Positions 49,642-61,947 of a DNA stretch of 64,000 nt are shown piece by piece. The stretch covers positions 59,547 to 123,546 of the forward strand of contig CATNEN010000036.1 of assembly GCA_950097015.1 (NCBI GenBank), written 5' to 3'. The notes below the pieces were generated by a model, which saw nothing but the letters and a program-made list of their open reading frames with translations, did not search any database and had not been told where the DNA came from. This DNA comes from Macrostomum hystrix (taxonomy: Eukaryota; Animalia; Platyhelminthes). A program made the position numbers and the translations under genes. The first letter of the stretch is position 1, and every line of letters starts with the position of its first letter.

Positions 49642-50703
49642 GGTCCAACTCAGTCACAACCATTCTCTCTCGGAGATTGCTAGTTACCATTTTTCTTTCC
49701 ACTAAAAAAGCGGCAACAGTTATGTTTTGCTTGTTTATGCGAATGACCACATCAATACCGACAACCAAAGATGTTCATTGAAAAACTACACCTCTAGTTT
49801 GTGACGCTCTTTCGAATTTATTTGGCGATTGGTGATACAAGAAAAGTCCTACGTACTGAGACAGCAATTTTAAGAAGCGTAAATTTGCTAAAAAGTAAAA
49901 TAATTACTGTTTCTAATTCGACGCGAAGACTACCGATACTAACCTTTCGTCCCTGATTCAGTTATGTGTAAATAGAGTCTTTAAATTTTAATATCAACTG
50001 TAAAAATTTCTTATTTAATTTAATTACGACTGTTCTCAGTTCACGATATCGACTTTGTTGACTCTGGAGTGCCTTGTTTTGAAAAATGTTTTTACCCAAT
50101 TGATCACAATTGGTCAATGATAGATGCTAGAATTTGCGGACACCATATAGATCGATGTGTTAGACAAAAAAAAGAAGGCGTAAGAAAGATAGTTAGCAAT
50201 GTATATACCGCGTCCTAACCAGACATCCTTTATGTACTTTTGGTTGTATTAATCCGAAAAATAATTATTTTAGGTCGTAGCTTGGATTGGTCAACCCGAA
50301 TCATTTTGCTCAAGTTATTCGATAACGTCGTTTAAATAGCTGAGACTCTAAACAAAAGTACAGTAAAACGGGAATGAGGATGTGAGAAAACGTTTGCAAG
50401 AATAAATTGCAAACAAAGTACACGCTAAAAAAAAGTTTGCTTTTATCGTGAGGGTGTCCTGGTTGCCGTTCAGGTGCTAGTTCTGGCTGCAATCATACTC
50501 GTTGGCACCATGCTCAGCCTCATATTTCCTGGCGTGCTTATCTGCACAGCGTTGAAGCACCAGTTGGTGAGATTCCAGGCCGGCCGGGACTCGCCCTCAT
50601 TCTTGGTGATGGCCTCAATTTTCTTCTGATAAGTGGGTCGTGCCAAACGAGGCGCATAAACTCTCGAAGCGAAAGAATAGAAGCGCCGTCCGCCTGATTT
50701 CTG

Positions 50704-51904
50704 CTAGAGCTCATAACCACTGGGTTGCTGCGAAATTTGGTTGGACGAAGTGCGCGCAATTGGCTTGTTTGCAATCAGTTGGAACTGATTGCGCAGCTTC
50801 GTATAAAGTTCCCTGATTAGCTCTATGGCTAGGTTGACATGGTTCTCCTCATCGCTCCCATTTTGATAGCGAATATCCGCTAGAACGCGGTTGATGCCAG
50901 CTTGAGACCCTCCAGAATCCGAGCTTGCTCTCGCGCACCTTGGGATGCGGATCGGCGCCTTCAAGATCTTGACTCGATGCGCAATCGCTTTGTTCGTTTT
51001 GTGGCGGAGGGGCTTGCTGTAAATAGATGTCCCAGGGCAGGTTGTTCACAATCATGCTCAGCAGATTGTAGAACACTGACTCGATGTCGTGAATCGGATT
51101 CGGATATGTACCCTGAGCTCGGTACTGCGAAATAAATCGTGGGTTACCACCCAAATTAACTTCCGCCATCTTTTTATAAACCAGTGGTGTCTATTATCAT
51201 AGCTTTGCTGAAATTGGCTAGATATACCACATTGAATGCGGTTGAACGACCGAAATATATATTCTTGGGATCCACCGCATTGTGAACGACGCCGAATCTG
51301 TGAATCTGATAGCAGCGACAGACCCAACTGATCAAATATCTTAAACGCGGTCTCAAAGTCAAAGGTGCGAGCTTGGCGGTTGGAATGCATCATCACTTCT
51401 AACAGATAGTGGACGCTTGGTCCCCAGTCTTTCCATGCTCATATAGGCCATTGTTGATCTGGTCTCGGACTTCCATGGTATGAGGTAGCCAAATGGATCG
51501 ATGATTTTTTGCAGATGCGCGTTCGGACGGTTCGTAGTTATAAACTGAATTGGGCACTTCGTTGAATTCGAACACCATCGGGATCCCAGTCATTTCGTCC
51601 AGATCAAGGTTTTCCTGTAGATAGGCCTCCCAAATGTGCTTCAAAATGCTGTACTCACGAAAAAAGGAGGCCGAGAACCTTGTTACGCTTTCACTTGTAT
51701 TTTCAAGAACCTCCACCTTAATAATGAACTGACAGTGCAACGTCCCAGGGCCGACGCTTTGACAAATGTGGATTAGGCTTGTCAATTGTGCGTGTATAGG
51801 CAGTGATTTTCTTTTCATAAAGCGGAATGAGCGACGAATTTGTATGTGTCGAAGTTAGCTACTTGCTCAATCGAGCATCTGGTGAGAGCGTCGATGACTA
51901 TCAT
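50704..51904 (-). pseudogene. Casein kinase 1/TTBK-like kinase-fold pseudogene with multiple frameshifts
   Basis: Successive frames give FIIKVE (VAIK), REYSILKHI, TGIPMV, MERLG, FETAFKIFDQL, VVHNAVDPKNIYFG (HRD loop), VYLANFSKA (DFG), GNPRFIS and HDIESVFYNL; at least 4 frame changes are needed. Confidence 0.75.
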
Positions 51905-53380
51905 GGCGCTTGCTGGATTGGGTGCACACGTGCAAGTCATCTGATCCCGTGAATAGAAAAATCTGAGAAAAATCTTTCGAAGTGGCTAGAATGGCAAAGA
52001 ACAATCGATGCCCGCTTCTGAAGATGATTCATCTCTTTCTGCGCCTCGAGCGATTGTCAGCTTCATGCATTCCAATGTCTTCTACGATTAACGAAAATGT
52101 TGGTTGCGTCATTTTGCAAGCCGTAGGTAGCACGATCGGGACGTATTAGATAGGTGATGGCTGACACATAAATTAGATCTCTCTTTGCAACCCTATTGCT
52201 TAATCTCCCCTAAATGGGATGTCTATGGCCATGGTGTGCGAAATGACTAGTTGCGCTTGTGCGAACGAAGTTTGCGACCTAAAACAACTCGCGTAGGATT
52301 TACAAGCCTAGGAAATCACTATTTTGCCATTGCTTTGTTGTTTTTGTATTTCATATGATAAGCTTTAGGCATAGAAGTGGACAAAAAGTCTGATGTTTCC
52401 ACGACTGAAACTTTTGCAAGTAGTTTATACATTTTTGCGGTACATGACATATTAAATCTTGACTTACGAACTATGGGTTTCTTGTTGCGAAATTAAGCGA
52501 AGCTCAATTAAAATGCAGGAATGCATACAATATTAAAAGTGCTTAATGCTCTTACAAATGTATTCATCATAACACAGGCGATAAGGTGACTGAGTCAACT
52601 GAGAACACACTATGTCATTTCTTATGTTTTTCTTTCTAGAAATTTAACACCGTGAAAACTTCTAATACTATAACAAATATAGTAACAGATTTCAGTTTAC
52701 TACATTAAAATATATAGCTCTTTCATAATTATTTTGTAATAATATGTATCGAATCAGATCTAGTCATTTGCTATTACAAATTTGGTAGCGACTATATGTA
52801 ACTCTAAAGAGAAGTCGTGACTCGAAATTTGTGACTAAATATAATTCAATTTGCGAATTCAGTCGCGGTAAACAATATTTATTTTTTATATTAATGGTTG
52901 TAGATGCAGTATATAAATAAGCCTAGTCGTACCCTTTGGAGCGCAGTTATTGTAAAAAAGAGGAGAGCTATTTGAATATTTGGAATTATTATAATAAATG
53001 ATTTATTAATTTCGCTAGTTAACCATTTCATCATAACTAATAGAATGTATAGATAGGCACTATATATTAATCAAAGATGAACAACGTTAAATGAATCAGC
53101 TGTTCTACCAAGCAAGAATACTATATATAATGCTTATTATTCTCAATTTTGTTTCCTACTCAGGCTGAAAACTATATTATATAATTTGTAGTTACAAATA
53201 CCAAACAAGGCAAGATTATTCTTGTCTGTCATTTGCTTACGAAATTTTGTTTTTCATGCTTCCAAGTAGGGTTACAATGAATAAATGTAATAATCTGATA
53301 TGTTTTAAACTTGCAATTTACTTTATTTTCATTTTCCCAAAAAAGCATGCCTGTTACTAGTTTGCAGCATAAAGTGCGTG

Positions 53381-53900
53381 ATGCTTGCCGAACGACCGAA
53401 TTTCGCCTGGCAGCCTACTGCTCACAGCAGAGTTCTATCACACCATCAGCCATCTATTCATCTTGTGCAGGTTTCGACTCCTGCCCCGTCGCGATCTGGT
53501 TCGAGTGCGTGTGTACTTTTTAGCTGACACCTTCACGGTCTTTCTAGCCTGGCTGTACATCGGGCGGCTGTATTGGTGGCTAGGATCTGTACACGGCTGC
53601 TCAGGTGGCTCAGCAATCTGTACATATTACTTAACCTGGGAAGACAGCGTCTTTGCTAGGCGCGTGTTCTCCTGGAGCTCTCTGGACTGGCCAGAAATTC
53701 GGTGAACTTCGCTGGTTTGAAATCGTCGGCACATCATATTCGACATCGCCGTCCACCTGGTGACGCCTTCCTGCTGGTTGCACCTGCTCACCTCCGTTGA
53801 GGTCATCCTGTGCCTGGCTCTCACCCAGTGCATGGTGCTGCTGGTGCATGTTCAAACCCCATGCTAGCCTGGGCTTCCCCAGCCTACATCCCAGACTGGG
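53381..53900 (+). pseudogene. Uncharacterised multi-pass membrane protein gene with several frameshifts
   Basis: GC-rich coding-like island in AT-rich DNA. Hydrophobic segments AEFYHTISHLFILCRFRLLPRRDLVRVRVYFLADTFTVFLAWLY, VFSWSSLDW, FEIVGT-FDIAVHLV and VEVILCLALTQCMVLLV lie in alternating frames. Confidence 0.5.
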
Positions 53901-55222
53901 TGAGGAGGCGCCTGGCTCCGATCCCTAGTCACTCGAATGCCAACTGACTGGTGGACTCAGGAAAGGCTAATAGACAATTCTTAAAACTGTATAGCGTCTT
54001 ACACTTCTGATATCAATTAAGCAGAGCTAGATTTGCTTGCAAAGTTATAGTTATCTCATTCCATTTACTGAAATCCAGAAATATATTGTATTTCGCTACT
54101 TTAAGACTAGAAAATGTACAGCATTTTTTGTTAGAACCAAACGTTTTAGTAATAAAGTAGTGAGCCTCTGTCTGATATTTAATCAAGCGTTCTGAATGCG
54201 AAAGATAGACATAGTAGACCAGTCCGCACCTCAGAGGCTTGGCCTGAATTCTCAAGTCGAGTTTTTTGCTCAGAGTTGAGCACAGAGCACTGAAACGGTG
54301 CACTTGAGTTCACAATGAACGGCCTCGCCCCTTCTACGGTTCACACTCTCTAATCGAGCTCGAACTGTCTGCCGCACTGGCCCTGCTCTGTGCCTCTCAA
54401 TGTCCAATGCCTGGTCTGGCCCAGCCAACTCAGAGTTGACATATCTCAGGTCTTCTCATGCCTGGCACCGCCTAGAATTCACCTTTTCTCTACTTGAGTT
54501 CATGCTCACAAAAATCTGCATATGTTAGCATCTTCTGCTGCTGTGCTTCTCAACCATGCCCTGTTTATTATAATACTGTTTCGTAGCTTCGAGGCTAGAA
54601 ATGACCGACCATTAGTCAGAGAGAACACTAAAACCAGAGAGAACAGAAAGAAAAATTCGTTTAAAGCAAAATCCGCTCGCATGTTTGAATTTTTGCACGG
54701 CTTCTCTCCGGCTCAACTTATATTTCAAGTTTCTTGTTGAAGCGAAGCAATATTTTGGTTCCACGGTGAAATTTTTAGCTAACCGAAATATAAACAATGT
54801 AAACGAAGTTTTTAAGGACATGCTTGCTAAATGCGCAAATCAGTAGCTAAAACTGGCTGACACATAAGCTTCAGCTAACGTGTTGAGAATTTATTCGCAA
54901 TAAAAAAAAATCTACCTAAATTTAAGTACTCGTAGTAGTGCATTTGTTGGAAATCCAGTGAGCCTCTGGACTCTGGTCCAGAAAATAAGGTTGTTGGCAG
55001 GAGTTTTCGCTCCGGTTTCTATAGAGGGCCTTGTTATTAATCTTAAAGAAATCTGAAAGCAAATAAGAACATATAAGTGTAGTTGGATTCTCAGAACTCA
55101 GAACAGGGCATGCGCTTTAAGTTTTGATTGATTTTCAGTAGTATCGAGTGTATTTTATTCGTTTTTTGTATTGAAGATTCTAACAGCTTTTATTTTAATT
55201 TGGAACCATGCTCGCCTTGGTC

Positions 55223-57271
55223 TCAGCGATCTGTAGTTGCGCCGCCTGGTGCGCCCACTCTGGTGCTTCGAGTGTCTCGGCGCATAACAACGCGTCGCTG
55301 CTCTTGCTGCTCTTGGTCAGCTTGCTTCTGCTGGGCTAGCTGCATCTGCTGCATCAGCTGCTGCTTGAATTCCTCGCTACTCGGATTTGGCTCGGCTCCA
55401 GCGCAACGCTGACAGGATTTGTCGCTGCTTTGCATCGGCGCCTGTGGCGGCGAAGCTGAGTGCGACTCTGTGGTCTCGCTGACATTCTTGTCACCGTTTC
55501 GACAGAAGGAACAACTGCTGAGCAGCGAGGTGAAGCGGACCGCCAAGCCGGCCGCTAAGCGCTGAAGGTGCGCCCTCTGTGCAGGATTCAAGAAGGCGTA
55601 GACGCAGGGATTCAAAGCCGCGGAGCTGTAGCCAAACAGGCGCAGATATTCTCGCAGAGGATCGCTAGCGGTTGATACCAGGTTGGCTACGGAGAAGGGC
55701 GCCCAGCAGGCGAAGAACACAGCTGTGGTGAGGCCCACCGTCAGGCTGAGGCGGATATTGCGGCTGCGACTACTAGACATCGCGCTTCTGCTGCTTTCGA
55801 TTTTCTTGCCCCCCTGTCCGACTGCGTTCGCTTTACCGCCTGGAACTTTTTCCACTCCGATAGCTGACTCGCGTCTCCCAAGGTGTAGCAGCAAAGTTGT
55901 GTAGCAGAACTGCACCAGCGCTATTGGCAGCCACACATAGGCTGTCTGGACGTACACTCTGAATGCCAGCTCCCTGTTGATAATAGAAAACAGTGCGAAT
56001 CGAGCGAGTTCTCGAAAATTGGTGCAGAGCTTAGTAGCCTGTGGCCTCCTGGCTAAAAACTCGGAATTTTACCTTGACGCTCTGTCGCTAGTGTTGGACC
56101 AAACATTGCCGCACTGATAAGTTATTGCGTATGTGCCAATTCCGATCAGAGATTTCATGAAATTTTCGAAATTGTGTGTCAGAGACTACCAGCTGTGGTA
56201 GAGCCATCACCAGTGCCAGCGCCACGCTGCCGAAGATGTTGACAAGCATCAGACCGGCTGGGTGACGGGCTGCTGCGCTCAAAGGAAACACTGCCACATA
56301 CAATCTGTAAAATTAGGTTATGGTGGCTTAGTCCAGGGACAGCAGCAGATGACTGCAGCTGTTACCGATATAACTGTGAGGCAATAATTTCCCATGTCTA
56401 TTGGAGTTAATAATACTAGTAATAATAAAATTTTGCAGGAGGGTTGTGGGCACTTGAATAACATTTGGTGTTTTTCAAAGAAGGCCATTCTGCCTATTTC
56501 GCTCAGTCCTGAGCACAGATGCACACAGATACGGCAAGCAGGAACACTCTCACACAGGTGTGTACATCTGCCCTGACGTTCTCATCTTCAGGCAGTGTAA
56601 ATCCTAATTGTGGCCATTAAGTGTGAAAATTGCACGACGAGCCCTCAAGCCTTCTCTCCACGGTTGTGCCCCAAATGAATGTGGCCTCGCCGCGGAATTG
56701 AGCTCAGCGACCTTGGTGCGAGAGGCAAACAGGTCAGAACGCTTTGCCCTCACCCTTCTCACCTACCTAGAGTTAAAATTTGCATTAATATCAATATCAA
56801 ATTAGCAAGTAAGTCAGCCTACCTCTCGAAGCCCAATCCGACTAGGAAAAGTACATGAGATCCGTAAACAACGGCGGGAATGTAATGAAACGCTTTGCAG
56901 CTGGCAGATGCATAGTTGAATTCCACGTGAAAACTGTCACCAATGGCCACAAAATCAGTAGCCCACTGGTCGTAATAAAGATAATTGACCAGCTGCATTG
57001 GCAGATTGACCAGGATGAACGCCAGGTCGAACCCGGCAACGCCATAGTGGACATAGGCACCGCCACTGACGCCGCTACCGCCTCCCGCAACAGAACGGCG
57101 CCTCAGCTTAGCATGCGAATATGCTGCTAGTAGCATGAGAACGTTGGCAATCACCCCTAGCAGCCCAATGCTGCTGTACAGGCCTATGAGCAGGTACTGA
57201 GTTTTTGTACCGTCTTGCATGCTTTCGAGGGTGGAAGCAACTTGCACTGTCACTTCTGAAATAATAGGCAT
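55223..57271 (-). CDS. Class A (rhodopsin-like, probably peptide) GPCR, 3 exons, one apparent +1 frameshift
   Basis: complement(join(55223..55973,56073..56304,56823..57271)). TM1 GLLGVIAN, TM2 D, C at TM3, ERL (DRY), TM6 FFACWAPF, TM7 NPCVY. The exon total of 1432 nt is 1 nt out of frame; the shift lies in exon 2 (ECL2). Confidence 0.8.
56445..56745 (-). mobile_element. SINE family A, copy 5 (GPCR intron 1)
   Basis: Reverse complement matches the head and central hairpin. Confidence 0.82.
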
Positions 57272-58452
57272 GGTCAGCCTAGCGATGAGTCCTCTGTAGT
57301 AGATATTTAGCGACCGGGCAATGACTTGCTCAGTTAAAACCTGTCCCGTCAAGCGTTGAGCTCAGCTTTTCCGGTTGCTCAGCCAAGGACAAAAATAGAT
57401 GGAATCTTTCGATCAGAATTCAGTTTCCTAGAGCCCTTTGAGTTTGTGGTTCGTGCGTTACGAAGCGGTTAACTTTGGTTGCTGAGACGAGTTACGGTTT
57501 TATAATGGCTGCTTCAGGTCAGGAAATTCAATAAGCCCTGATAAGCGATGCTCAAATTTAATCTCAGTGAGGATAGTCAGGACAATTTTACGACGCGAAC
57601 AGATTTGCCACCGGTTCAGCTGGGAATCGTGCCGGATCAAAGATGTTTCTCAGCTAGCCAAACAGCCTGCTCTTATCCGTTTTTTGCATTGCTCTTGCAG
57701 CTTGCTAATTTGCTGATTCAGATTCGAGTGCAAGCAATAAAGTTGACCCGTTGCAATTTCATCGAGTCAAAGTAAATAAAACCTTTGACACTTAATAACT
57801 CCAGCATATACGACAACATATTTAGCATTTCAAAAAGAACAGCTGTAAACCTTGGTATAGTCGGTTTTCTGTTTAAAAATAGCAAAGCTCAAAAATACGA
57901 AAAGCAAAAGACATGCTCTGTCAAGGTGCAAATGTCAGGACTTGTTGAATATATCTGTATTATTTTCGTAACTGCTATGATTCAACTTGGATTTTTTGTA
58001 CCTAATTACTTTTTAATTGACTACTTGTAGTGTCATTCTGCCATTAAATTAGACTTTTCTACTGATTGTATGCACAAAGTCGCTCGCAAATGTGATATTG
58101 TATAGCTGGTATTCAAAATATCCTAATACAAACATTGTGATTTATAAAAAAATATTAAAAACGTGCAAAGCATAAGAAAATAGCAGAGATAAAAATTCCA
58201 ACCTTTTTCAGCTATTGAGTTCAACCTTTAAGGCTTCGATAAGCAGTCTAGCATTGTTTAATCAGCAGTTACCTTTTACTTACTGATTCGAACAATACAA
58301 GTATGAATACTTATTACTGGCCTATGAGCAAGAGCAAAAAATCGACTACTTTAAATAAGTATTTATACGATCGTACTTTAAAATACACGTAGTTCACCAA
58401 ATCAAACACACGAGATACGTATCAGACGGTATCTAGGGAAAGCTGGTACAAA

Positions 58453-61400
58453 TTACGCTTGGTTATAATCAAAAGGCAGTCTTCCCTGAAATCGCGGATT
58501 TATGAACGAACTGGTGTTGGGCTCCCGTATCTGGACGTAGTCGGGCTGCTCCTGCGGAGTGATCTGTTCCTGAACCGGCACGCTCTCGATGTTGTACTCC
58601 AGACACTGCTCCTCGATGTCGTCCATCTTGGCTCCGTTGCCGTTGATCTCGGAGGCGGCTAGAGAGACTGGACCAACATGACTGCCTATCTGGGACGCCG
58701 CGTAGATGTCGTACGGGTTGGACCGATACACCAGGCTGCGCATGTCCCTGCAGTACGAGGTCAGAAAATTGGGTTTCATCATCATTTACAATTACGAACC
58801 GTATTTCAGACTTTTCAAAGTGATCTTACCTAGGCCGCTTGACAAGGCAATACACGATTACAATGATGCACATCAGGATGATGAACGCGGCAATGGCAAT
58901 CAGGGCAGCCCAGACATCGGTTGAGAAGCCGTACTGATAGAGAATTTCCGACGTCTTCCTGAAGGCCAACTGGCCAGTGGTGACGCTGAATGGCGGTCGG
59001 ATGGTCTCCAGAGGAACCACTCCGCTCAAGAGGTTTCTAATCGCCGCCTTGGCCTCTGTGGTCATGAAAGCGCTGAAATACGAGTTTGATGGGTTTGATG
59101 AGTGCAAAATCAACTGGATGATATGGTCCCAGCCAGAATTAACTGGACCAAGTTATTAGTTACTGGCAAATTCCTCTCAGTCTTTTCTGCAGTTTTAGAC
59201 GTAGATTAAAATCTCTGTTACGAATACCTTAACAATCCAACTCCCTGGTAAGATTTTCCTAATTAGACAAATGAATTAGATGTAGAAGCAGTATACGTAT
59301 GCCTTACTTGGTGGGTTCAGCATCCTCTCGGACACAGATGTCGTAAGTTACCGGGTTGACGCAGACGAACCAAATATCGGTGCTGAAGTTTAAGAATTGG
59401 AAAGGAAAGTATATCAATTTTCCTGGCTGCTTCATGATAATCAAGGCGCGACCGCACTTTGATCGTTCGCGACCAATGTAAAGCTTCCCAGGCTAAAGGT
59501 AAAAAGGCACGAACCCTGTGATATCGTCCATAACGGTGCTTCCATCGAGATACTGGCGGGGATTCACGCGCTCAATGATGACCACCTGACCGGTTGCGTT
59601 TTGCAGCGTCCTACAATAAGTAACGACAAATACTTTTATTTGCTGGAGCTTGAGAACATTTGAGCAGGAGCCTGGAGTTAAGCGTCTCTAATAGTTCTTC
59701 AAAGCCTCTGGAAAAGTTAAATAAAAAAATAAATTTTCTAACCTTCGAATAGTCTCGATGCTTGGAATGGTAACCTGCGGCTGCTTGTTGGGTCCGGGTA
59801 TGACCAGGATCATGCGGTTCTTATCCTGGATCAGGTTCACAATCACCTCCGTGCTGGAGGAGAGCCGCACAGGCAGGCCATTGTCCTGAGCTATGACACC
59901 AAAGCGGTACTTGATCGTTGAGTCCCGGGTGAAGCTGGCGGCCGTGCGGACCGACCCGTCCATGGCGGACAGCAGGAAGGGCGGGTTCGGCGGTGTTGCT
60001 GTGGTCCACATGTTGGGCGCGTACGAGACTTCCGCATTTCTGCCCAGGTCCGCGTCGGTCGCCTGGTTTTTAATCAGTTTTAGAAACCGTTTTATTAACT
60101 AGGATAATCAACTAGCATGTGTTTGCATCTCGCACCAAGGTCGCTGAGCTCGATTCCGCGGCGAGGCATATTTATTTGGTGTGCAGCCCCAGAGAGAAGG
60201 CTTCGGGCTTGTCGTGCAATTTACGCACCTAAGGGCTAACCTCCAAGGCACAGTGAAATATTATTCTGCCTGACAATGAGAACGTCAGATGTATACACCT
60301 GTGTGAGGGTGTTCCTTCTTACAATATCTGTGTGCGAGTGAGCTCAGGAGTCAGCGGAATGGGCGCAGTTGCCTCTCGCTGGCAGCGGGTCTGATGTCAC
60401 CAAATGTTGTACTAGTGCCCACAGCCCTCCTGCACATGATGCTATTATATTATTACCAAGACAATCATCAGTTGACTCACGTTTATATTAATAGCCAGTG
60501 TGTTGGCTGCGGCAAACATATCCACCGCGGCAAAGTACTTATCCTGCGTACTGGTCCGGTTGGGGTATACTGGGTAGTGGAACACTGGCGCATTGTCGTT
60601 AGTATCGGACACCAGGATCAGCACCTTCACAGTCGGATAGGATGTGTACGCTGCGAGAAGGGATTTTAGTGGATGGTAGGTAAATATATTGCCAAGGAAG
60701 CATTTACTGATTTACTCATGTGTGCAATGATATATTTAATCTGCATCAACACAGATTAGCATGTTGGTTTCAACAAATATCATAGGAGTTTATGAGTTCA
60801 TTAGATTTTGAATTGGGCTAGTGAATCATCAGGAAGTGCAAATATACTATTACTGAGTCCATGGTTACAGGAGATACTGGCTCCCGTTGTGTGTACAAAG
60901 ATTAGTCAGTTAATGGATGCAGTACGTGTCGATAAAAAGTACAAATTCAATTATAACAGTGACAAAACGTACACACGTTCTTAGTCGGTTATTGATATCT
61001 TAGCAGTTTGATATGATATTAAGTTCTTGTCGAATTTCATTGAATCCACATTTAATGAGAATGTAATACAGAATTGTCAATGGCCAGTTTCATTGACAGC
61101 AATTATTTCAAAGGGATTAATTTTTATTCCAAAATGAGTCAACATATTCACTCAGTCAGAGTACTCAGCAGTTCGCTTACCTGAGCCTAGCAGGAGGTGT
61201 AAATGGGAGGCTTGTTAATTAGCCATTGCAAAATAGGACTTAATATAGATTCGATGTACAGAATCATAAATAAATAATTAGGTAAGAAAGTGAAATTTAA
61301 GACTCAACTTCGTGCACAAAATTACTTTTTTCGCGATTAAGCTTACCGGATGCTGCAGCAAGGAAAATGGAGAGGGGTGGGTCATATTAATGGAGCTCTG

Positions 61401-61947
61401 AGCAGCACTGATGCGAGATGATTATTTAAATCAACAAAAACTGTTTTGAAACACGCAACTTTCGCACAAAAGCGCAAGCAAACTCGGTACGTATCGGCAT
61501 TTTCGTATGCGAACTGATTATTGTAAGAGAAGCATGCAGATTTGCCTGGTTAGGCTACATAAGTTTCGCGCTTCAGACCGCAATGGGTGCTCTAATGCTT
61601 GAAGTGACAAATGAGACAATGCAATTTGGTGTCGAGCTTACTCTGCCGTTTGCTGCGCGATAGAAGTGGCTCCATGGCATCGCTTGTATCTCTGCGTTTT
61701 CTCCCTGTCACTGAGATAGAATGAGTGACAGAGATTCTCAGGTCGAATCTGCCAATCGCCTCTCTATCCACCACCTTCTTGGTCACCATCTGACAGTCTT
61801 TGTTGCCATTGTAGCCAACTATGTCAAAATAGCCAGCCTCGTTACCGCTGGCGAAGTTGCAGCCGACTGTTTTGTCCGTGTCCTGATAGATGACATCCAG
61901 GATGAGCACACTGGTACCGATCACGGCATTTTCGGGGAGCTCAACGA
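58453..61947 (-). CDS. Cadherin-superfamily protein, 3' part (last EC repeats, membrane-adjacent domain, TM, short tail)
   Basis: complement(join(58453..58747,58830..59072,59308..59382,59515..59610,59743..60062,60481..60650,61181..61186,61347..61352,61642..61947)), all phases consistent. Motifs ELPENA, VDRE, DTNDNAPVF, ATDADLGRNAEVSY, AQDNG; TM VWAALIAIAAFIILMCIIVIVYCLV. The architecture resembles CDH23/PCDH15/Cad87A-type non-classical cadherins. Confidence 0.88.
60115..60450 (+). mobile_element. SINE family A, copy 6 (cadherin intron)
   Basis: CTCGCACCAAGGTCGCTGAGCTCGATTCCGCGGCGAGG...CTGCCTGACAATGAGAACGTCAG...CACAGCCCTCCTGCA. Confidence 0.85.
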
